NCBI GenBank assembly: GCA_965207065.1
Contig: OZ242260.1
Span: 3,328,001 to 3,392,000 of the forward strand
DNA from: a bacterium
GTDB taxonomy: Bacteria; UBA8248
Direction: 5' to 3'
DNA length: 64,000 nt
The translations under genes were made by a program, and so were the position numbers. Positions within the stretch are counted from its first letter, which is position 1. Each line of letters opens with the position of its first letter. This document shows, piece by piece, positions 54,345 through 61,349 of this stretch. The notes beneath the pieces were generated by a model. The model saw nothing but the letters and a program-made list of their open reading frames with translations. It was not told the origin of the DNA and did not search any database.

Positions 54345-55990
54345 TTGAGCCTCGATTCAATGTCCGGTTCGAAGTATTCGAAAAGCGAGAGATAGGGGAT
54401 CGGCGCGGCCTGGCCCAGGCCGCATATAGATGTGTCCTTCATCGTCTCGCATATCTCGCGCATGGCGGTCAGTTCCGACGCCCGTCCCTCTCCGCGCAAC
54501 ACCCGCTCCAGAAAAGCGGTGAGTTTTTCCGTTCCCAGGCGGCAGGGCACGCACTTGCCGCAGGATTCGTCCCTGAAAAAGCGCACTACGTTGTGGGCGA
54601 GCGCCACCATGTCCACCCCCTCGGGGATGACGACGAGCGCACCGCTTCCCAGCATGCTGCCCGCCTCCTGAAGGGGCGTGAAATCATAGGGAACATCAAC
54701 GAGGTTCGCGGGCAGAAACCCGCTGCTGGCGCCGCCCGGGGAAAACGCCTTCAGGTGCGCTCCAGCATGCAGCCCGCCCGCCGGTCCCTCGATGATCTCC
54801 CGGATGGGCGTCCCGAACTCCACCTCGTAGATCCCCGGTTTTCGCACCGCGCCGCTAACGCCCACCACCTTGAAGCCTTTTGTTCCGTTTCGCCCGAATG
54901 AGGTGAACCACGCGGCTCCTTTTTTGAGCACCGCCGGGATGAGCGCGAAGGTCTCGACGTTGTTGATGAGTGTGGGCTTGCCGAAAAGACCCGCCGTGCC
55001 GGGGAAGGGGGGTTTGTCGCGGGGTTGGGCGCGCTTGTCTTCCAGCACTTCCAGGAGCGCGGTCTCCTCGCCGCAGATGTAGCCGCCGGGGCTGGTGAAT
55101 ATCTCGAGCCTTGGGCTTTTCTTCGTTCCGATGAGGCGGGCCTTGCGAGCGCGCTCGATGGCCTGTTCCAGCTTTCTCGCCTGTGCGCCGTATTCGTGGC
55201 GGATGTAGATAATAGCGCGCTCAGCCCCCACGGCCCGGCAGGCGATGAGAATCCCCTCGACCACGAGTTCGGGGTGCGAGTCCATGATGGCGCGGTCCTT
55301 GAACGTGCCCGGCTCGCTCTCGTCGGCGTTGCAGATGACGAATTTTTCCGTCCCCGGCGCACCCAGGACGAAACTCCACTTGAGGCCGACCGGAAAACCC
55401 GCCCCGCCCATGCCGCGCAGGCCGCTCTCCTTCAAGACGTCGATGACGCTTTCTGGCTTTTCGCTCTTCATCAAAGCCCGCAGGACGCCGTAGGCTTCGT
55501 TTTTCCGGTAGGGATTGATGCGCGTTGCGTTTTTGAGTTTCTGCGATCTCGAAGCGGGGCTGGGCGCTCCATTTTTCCAGGAGGCGAGAACGTCTTGAAA
55601 CTTCTCATGCGTGAGAGCTGAGTAGATGCGGCCCTCAATCTCGGCGGCGGGTCCCTTGTCGCACCGGCCCAGGCACGCGCAGCTCTCGGGCTGCAGGTTT
55701 CTGACACCGGCGCGTCGGGCGAGGGTTTTCGCGTTGTCGAGCAGCGAATCGCCGCCTGCGAGCAGGCAGCTCATGTCCCGGCAGATATGGACTTTCGGTT
55801 TCGCGGGTTTTTCCAGATGGAAGTGCGGGAAAAAACTGGCGATGCCATATGAATCGTAGATGGGCACGCCCAGGTCTTTCGAAATCTCGGTGATCGCTTC
55901 TTTTGAGAGGTAGCCTTCTTCTTTTTGGCGGGAGAGCAGGGCCTCGATTTTGGCGGGAGACTTGTAGGCCGTGGAAGCGTTTTCTGTCAT
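54341..55990 (-). CDS. Formate dehydrogenase diaphorase subunit, NuoE-NuoF fusion
   Basis: CRDMSC and CLGRC 2Fe-2S; GLRGMGGAGFP, NADESEPGTFKDR, YICGEET, ESCGKCVPCR. Overlaps the alpha start (ATGA). Confidence 0.92.
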   Translation of the reverse strand: MTENASTAYKSPAKIEALLSRQKEEGYLSKEAITEISKDLGVPIYDSYGIASFFPHFHLEKPAKPKVHICRDMSCLLAGGDSLLDNAKTLARRAGVRNLQPESCACLGRCDKGPAAEIEGRIYSALTHEKFQDVLASWKNGAPSPASRSQKLKNATRINPYRKNEAYGVLRALMKSEKPESVIDVLKESGLRGMGGAGFPVGLKWSFVLGAPGTEKFVICNADESEPGTFKDRAIMDSHPELVVEGILIACRAVGAERAIIYIRHEYGAQARKLEQAIERARKARLIGTKKSPRLEIFTSPGGYICGEETALLEVLEDKRAQPRDKPPFPGTAGLFGKPTLINNVETFALIPAVLKKGAAWFTSFGRNGTKGFKVVGVSGAVRKPGIYEVEFGTPIREIIEGPAGGLHAGAHLKAFSPGGASSGFLPANLVDVPYDFTPLQEAGSMLGSGALVVIPEGVDMVALAHNVVRFFRDESCGKCVPCRLGTEKLTAFLERVLRGEGRASELTAMREICETMKDTSICGLGQAAPIPYLSLFEYFEPDIESRLK

Positions 55991-56139
55991 GGCAATCTCC
56001 CCGTGAGCCGCGATGCCTCGTAAATCATTCTAAGTGTTCGCGCCGCGCGGTGTCCAGCAATGCTTTGGGGCGATGCGCCGCCTGCTCAGGGCGCCAAAAA
56101 ACAACCTTCCCATCCCTCCTTGCCGTGAACCCCCTTGTC

Positions 56140-56408
56140 GGGGTGTTGTTGAAAAAGCCCAGATTTTGTGTTTCGGCGTACGGAGCCGACCGTCTAGGGT
56201 ATAATTACCCACCCATGTTTTGAGACGTAGGGGCGGCCCCCCGTGGCCGCCCGTATCGAATATGTCTATCCCCGTTGTTGCGCTTCGCATGGACAGGCAC
56301 GGGGGCCTGTCCCTACAAACCCTCTTCTTGCAGTGGCCCTCAATACGGGGTTTTTCAACAACCCACAGGAGGGGGAACAACCCCATAAGGATTTTTCAGC
56401 AGCCCCAT
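56140..56408. mobile_element. MITE-like element with GTTGAAAAA ends enclosing a REP doublet
   Basis: GTTGTTGAAAAAGCCC ... GGGTTTTTCAACAACCC and TTTTTCAGCAGCCCC; REP arms at 56227-56252 and 56291-56316. Confidence 0.6.
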
Positions 56409-56500
56409 TTTGAGCCGGTGGCTTGTGAGCCATGAGGCTAGTCGAGTAAATTGCAAGCTATTGCACGGGAGTATCCGATAACCAGGATGAGGAATCCGCC

Positions 56501-57040
56501 TTGACCGTCTTGATTCGCTCGTTACATTTCGCTCTTCTCGTATCGTGGCTGGCGCTTACGCTGGGCGTCTGGTGGGCTGCGACGAATTCCTTCGATACGT
56601 TCGACGCGCAGAAGAATCCGGTGGCGTCGAAGCTGTTCGAACCCGCCTCGACGACGAAGCTCAAGGGCCGCATGGCCGCGCGAGAGGTGAACGCCCGCAT
56701 ATTCGAGGCCTGGAACCGCTTGCAAATCGTTTTCTGTCTCTTGTTGTTTTATTTCATCTGGCGGGCAGGGCGGATGAGCGTTGCGTCGCTCGTGCTGGCC
56801 GGGTGTCTGCTTCTCATCGTGGGAGCGCACGTCTTTTGGTTCTCTCCGAAAATAGAAGCGCTCGGGAGAATTCTCACGAGTGCGGAGGCTTCGGCAGGCG
56901 CGCCCACCGTGCAGAGCGAATTCGGGCGCTACCACGGCGCCTATGTCATCTCGGACGTGCTCAAGGCGTGCCTCCTGGCCGCGGCGATATGGATTTCCCC
57001 CTGGCGCAGGACCGCTCGAAGCGAGCCGTCGCGTGGGTGA
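56501..57040 (+). CDS. Membrane protein, DUF4149/TMEM205-like
   Basis: Four TM segments; F..WN.LQ, PKIEAL, FGRYHG pattern; GAGGA RBS. Confidence 0.65.
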   Translation: MTVLIRSLHFALLVSWLALTLGVWWAATNSFDTFDAQKNPVASKLFEPASTTKLKGRMAAREVNARIFEAWNRLQIVFCLLLFYFIWRAGRMSVASLVLAGCLLLIVGAHVFWFSPKIEALGRILTSAEASAGAPTVQSEFGRYHGAYVISDVLKACLLAAAIWISPWRRTARSEPSRG

Positions 57041-57235
57041 AAAAGCCGCCACATCTGTTTTTTACCCTATAGCGGCGCGCGACTATCCACAGGGTGGACA
57101 AATGCGCTAGAATTTCCCATTCGCGCCGCCGCGCTGTCGCTTTCGTTGAGTAGCGATTTCGTTTTGGGGGACGACATATTGAACCCCGCCTATGAGAAGT
57201 GTCGCTCATTTCCGCGCCGGGAAGCCCGTTCTCCG

Positions 57236-58060
57236 GTGAGGAAAATTATCTCGCTGAATCTGTTCGTCTTCTTGGCGGTCATCTTTTCGTCAACGCTCGC
57301 GTGGGCGGTGGACGGCATCTGCAAGCCCGGAATCGTCCAGCGCGACGGACGCTTCATCCCCGTTTCGATGAGGGGGGGGTGGGAGAGCGTTCGGCAGGCG
57401 CGTGAGGTTCGGCTTAAATTTCTTGGACATTCGAGCTTTCTGATCGAAGCCCCGGGCGGCGGGCGGGCTGTGATGGACCCCTACGTCATACCTGTTCTGG
57501 ACCCGCCGCCGGATGCCGTCACCGTGAGCAATTTCCACGAAACCCACTCCATGACGGGGCCTTATGTCGGCAAATCGGAGATTTTCTTCAGCGTGACGCG
57601 GGAGGGAAAACCCAACGCCATCGACGAGAAATTCGGGAACCTGCGAATCGCCTCTTTTCCCCAGGTGGACGGGGACGAGAACCATCCCTTCGTGCTCAAC
57701 ACCATTCATGTCTTTCAGGCGGGCGGGATTTGCGTCGCGCATTTCGGGAACGCGCGCTTCGGGCCATCGCCCGGACAGATCCGCGCGCTGGGGAAAATCC
57801 ATGTGCTCCTGCTTCCGATCGATGGCTCTTTCACCGTGCCTCACGAAGTGGCGGCCAAGATCGTCAAGCGCATCGGTCCCAACATCGTGATACCGATGCA
57901 CTATTTCGGTCCCGAATTGACCGGGGAGTTCGAAAGGGCCCTGAAGGCGGAGGGAATCACGAGAGTCCTTCGCCCGAAGGGAACCGAGCTCGTGCTCACG
58001 CGAAAAAGACTGCCGCCGCCCACGACCTACGTGGTGTTGCCCGATGTCAATGTCCCATAA
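57236..58060 (+). CDS. Secreted MBL-fold metallo-hydrolase-like protein (start uncertain)
   Basis: Signal-like segment ending AWA; FLGHSSFLIE, MDPY, LLLPIDG, VIPMHY. Confidence 0.8.
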   Translation: MRKIISLNLFVFLAVIFSSTLAWAVDGICKPGIVQRDGRFIPVSMRGGWESVRQAREVRLKFLGHSSFLIEAPGGGRAVMDPYVIPVLDPPPDAVTVSNFHETHSMTGPYVGKSEIFFSVTREGKPNAIDEKFGNLRIASFPQVDGDENHPFVLNTIHVFQAGGICVAHFGNARFGPSPGQIRALGKIHVLLLPIDGSFTVPHEVAAKIVKRIGPNIVIPMHYFGPELTGEFERALKAEGITRVLRPKGTELVLTRKRLPPPTTYVVLPDVNVP

Positions 58061-58892
58061 ATCATTCTTGAGCCGCCGCGCGTTCATCGCGCGCACGGTA
58101 GTGGCTGCGGCCGCGCTGCTCGGCCTCCCCGGCGGAGTGAGAGCGCAATCCCCTTCACCCCTGAGCGAGTGGCAAAAGAATCTTTTCCCGCGCTCCTCCG
58201 AGGAGGAGAAGACGTTACTTCCCGATTTCACACCCGCGCAATTGCGCTACTCCGGTGGACGCTGGCGGGAATATTCCACGGCGATGGCTTCATTTCTCGA
58301 TGAGGTGAGGAAGCGCACGAGCATCGAAACCGCAGGGGATGCGCAGGCGGTGGACATCTCCTCGCCCGAGATTTTCGAATATCCTTTCCTGTATATGTCG
58401 GGGCGCTACGAGTTCGAGATGCCCGGCGCGAAAGCGATAGAAAATCTGAGGCGCCACCTCACCTACGGGGGGTTTTTGCTCATCGACGACGGGCTCGGGC
58501 TCGAAGGAGAAGCCTTCGGCGGCGCCGTCAAAGAACTCATGCGCCTGGTCTTTCCGAGAACTTCCTTCGAAGCGCTCCAGCGCGAGCACGCCGTATTCAA
58601 GAGTTACTATCTGATTCGCTCCATCGGCGGGCGACAGGCTGTCAGCCAGGACCTGCAGGGAATCCACGTGGGCATGTTCACCCCCGTCATCTTCTGCCGG
58701 AACGACCTGGGCGGCGCGTGGGCGAGGGGTCCCGGCGGCGGATGGCTCGAAGAATGCACGCCCGGCGGGGAAACGCAGCGACTTGCGGCTTTTCAACTTG
58801 CAGTCAACATCTCCCTCTACGCGATGACGGGCAACTACAAGCAAGACCTCATCCACCATCCCTTCATCCAGCGCAGGCTGAACCAGGGCTGA
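58044..58892 (+). CDS. DUF4159 domain protein with Tat signal peptide
   Basis: SRRAFI Tat motif; YPFLYMSG, LRRHL..GGFLLIDD, HAVFKSYY, NDLGGAW, YAMTGNYKQDLIH. Confidence 0.85.
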   Translation: MSMSHKSFLSRRAFIARTVVAAAALLGLPGGVRAQSPSPLSEWQKNLFPRSSEEEKTLLPDFTPAQLRYSGGRWREYSTAMASFLDEVRKRTSIETAGDAQAVDISSPEIFEYPFLYMSGRYEFEMPGAKAIENLRRHLTYGGFLLIDDGLGLEGEAFGGAVKELMRLVFPRTSFEALQREHAVFKSYYLIRSIGGRQAVSQDLQGIHVGMFTPVIFCRNDLGGAWARGPGGGWLEECTPGGETQRLAAFQLAVNISLYAMTGNYKQDLIHHPFIQRRLNQG

Positions 58893-61238
58893 ATGATGGA
58901 CTGGTCCACACTCCACTGGCCCGGCGGCGCACCCTGGTGGGTGCTCGTCATCGTTGCGGCCGGGCTGGGCTGGGCGCTCGTGCGCAGGCATCGCGATTTG
59001 TCCGAAAAACTCCCGATGCGGCGCGTCTGGATACTTCAGGTACTGAGGGGTCTGCTGTATGCGGCGGTCGTCTTTTTCCTCTCGGGCCCCACGCTGATCG
59101 ATAAACGCGAGCGCTCCCTGCCGCCCAAGCTGCTCGTGCTCCTCGACAGTTCGGCGAGCATGAGCGTTCAGGACGTGAACAGCAAGAAAGCGCGCATCGA
59201 TTTGGCGAAGGATTTTCTGCTGGTCCCGAAAAAGCTCGGAAAACCACAAACCCCCGAAGAGGAGGACGGGGGAGATGCGCCCACGAGCCTCCTCGCAGAC
59301 CTCAGAAAACTCTACGACGTGCAGCTCGCCCACTACGATGCCCGCAGAACCCCTGTTGGAGTCCGGGAATTTGCAAACATTAATGCCCAGGGTGTGGGCA
59401 GCGATCCCCTGGGAGCTATCCGCAGCGCTCTGCACAGCGCCCGGGAGTCGCGCGCTCCGGCCGGGGAGGAAGAGCGAAAAAACCAGGACGGACCCCTCGG
59501 CATCCTGATGCTCACAGACGGCGGCGACACGACCGAGGCGGTTCTTCCGCCCGGGGACGTGAAATCCTTTCCGCCCCTCATCGGGGTGGGTTTCGGAACG
59601 CCGGATTCTTTTCGCGACATCGCCATTCAGGACATACAGGCTCCGCGCATCGCCTTTCAGGGCAAAGAGATGAGTCTGGAGGTTACGCTTTCGGTGAAGG
59701 GCTATTCAGGCCGCAAGCTGCCAATCGCCTTGACGCGCGAGGGCCGCATCATCAGAACCCAGTCGATAGACGTCAGGCGCAGTCCGTTGCGCCGTCTCGT
59801 GAAATTCCACTTCACGCCGAACGAAGTGGGGAGCCAGGTGCTCGGCGTGGTCACGCCCGTTCAGCGCGGTGAAATCGTGGAGTCGAACAACCGCGTCGAG
59901 ATCCCCCTGGAGGTGAGGCGGGACAAGATTCGGGTGTTGACGATTACGGGTTCCCCCAACTGGAACTACCGCTTCTTGCGCATGGCGCTCAAGCGGGATC
60001 CCGCCATCGACCTCGTGTCGTTCGTCTTTCTGAGAACGTCAGAAGATGACCCGGGCGTTCCGACCAGGCACCTGAGCCTCGTGCCCTTCCCGGTGGACAA
60101 GCTGTTCCTGGAGGAACTCAAGAATTTCGAAATCGTGATTTTCGATAATTTCTCCGCCCAGGAGTATTTCAGCAACTACTACCTCGAGCGCGTGGGGGAA
60201 TACGTTCGCAATGGAGGCGCCTTGCTCATGTTCGGCGGCAGGCAATCCTTCAGTGCGGGCGGATATTACCGCAGCCCCATCGAGGATCTTCTGCCCGTGC
60301 GATTGCAGCAGCAGAGTGACTATCAGGATCAAAGGCGCCTGCTCGTTCAGCTGACGTCCACGGGCGGCAGACATCCCATCACGCAGCTATCCTCGGATTT
60401 GGAGGAAAATAAAAAAATATGGGCCGCTTTCCCTGCTTTGAGGCGCGTCAATTCAACGACGCCGTTCGGGAAGGGGCAGATTCTCGTTTCGACGAAAGAG
60501 GGGAAAGTGCCTCTGCTCGGCACGAAGCGGATCGGCGAGGGCAGGGTGGTGAGCATCTTCTCCGATGATATCTGGCGATGGAATTTCGGGATGGTGGCGG
60601 CGGAGAAGACGAATCGCCTTTACATCCGCCTGGTGGCGCAGATGATTCGCTGGCTCTCGGGCGACCCCGGAAGCTCGCAGGTCCAGATTATTCCCGAGGC
60701 GGAACAGGCGAAGGACGGAACCTACGTCCTCAGGATGCAGGTGAGGGACGAATCCTATCAGCCCGCCCAGGCGGCGCAGGTGCAGGTGCAGCTCCGCGAC
60801 CCCTATGGCGTCACCAGCCGGTATCGCGCGGCATACCGTCCGGATTCCCGGGAATTCGAGGTACGCTTCCGCCCCCGGGGGAACGGGAGTTACCGGGCGA
60901 GAATGACGGCCGTCCAGGGCGGGCAAGTCATCGGCGAGGCGGTGCGCACGATCGGCATCGGTCGCGAGGCGGGCAAGGCGGAGTGGGCCGACGTCAGCCC
61001 GCACTGGGAGAATCTGCAAACGCTGGCGAAACATACGGGCGGGTTGTTTTTCCGGGCCGACGCGGTGGGACAGGAAGATTTGACCGCCCGCGTCCTGGAG
61101 GCTTTGAAGGGCAAGGTGCCGCACAGGGTGATGGAGGTGCGTGACGTGAGGCTCTGGAGCATTCCCTGGATCGGGATGATTCTCATTCTGTTGCCGGCTC
61201 TGGAGTGGACCGCCCGCAGGCTTTGGGGGTTGGCTTGA
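58893..61238 (+). CDS. Membrane protein with vWA-like, Ig-like and GATase1-like (DUF1355) domains
   Basis: Two N-terminal TMs, LLDSSASM MIDAS, LTDG, ESNN, WNYRFLR, GGALLMFGG, IWRW, C-terminal LEWTARR. Confidence 0.8.
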   Translation: MMDWSTLHWPGGAPWWVLVIVAAGLGWALVRRHRDLSEKLPMRRVWILQVLRGLLYAAVVFFLSGPTLIDKRERSLPPKLLVLLDSSASMSVQDVNSKKARIDLAKDFLLVPKKLGKPQTPEEEDGGDAPTSLLADLRKLYDVQLAHYDARRTPVGVREFANINAQGVGSDPLGAIRSALHSARESRAPAGEEERKNQDGPLGILMLTDGGDTTEAVLPPGDVKSFPPLIGVGFGTPDSFRDIAIQDIQAPRIAFQGKEMSLEVTLSVKGYSGRKLPIALTREGRIIRTQSIDVRRSPLRRLVKFHFTPNEVGSQVLGVVTPVQRGEIVESNNRVEIPLEVRRDKIRVLTITGSPNWNYRFLRMALKRDPAIDLVSFVFLRTSEDDPGVPTRHLSLVPFPVDKLFLEELKNFEIVIFDNFSAQEYFSNYYLERVGEYVRNGGALLMFGGRQSFSAGGYYRSPIEDLLPVRLQQQSDYQDQRRLLVQLTSTGGRHPITQLSSDLEENKKIWAAFPALRRVNSTTPFGKGQILVSTKEGKVPLLGTKRIGEGRVVSIFSDDIWRWNFGMVAAEKTNRLYIRLVAQMIRWLSGDPGSSQVQIIPEAEQAKDGTYVLRMQVRDESYQPAQAAQVQVQLRDPYGVTSRYRAAYRPDSREFEVRFRPRGNGSYRARMTAVQGGQVIGEAVRTIGIGREAGKAEWADVSPHWENLQTLAKHTGGLFFRADAVGQEDLTARVLEALKGKVPHRVMEVRDVRLWSIPWIGMILILLPALEWTARRLWGLA

Positions 61239-61349
61239 GAGCGCGCAAGTCGGAGCGCGATATTTTTTGCGAACGTGCGGTAATTTTGGTCATGTAATAC
61301 AATTCAAATTTCTGCTCCTCGCCGTTCACTCATATAAGGGAAACGGGAG

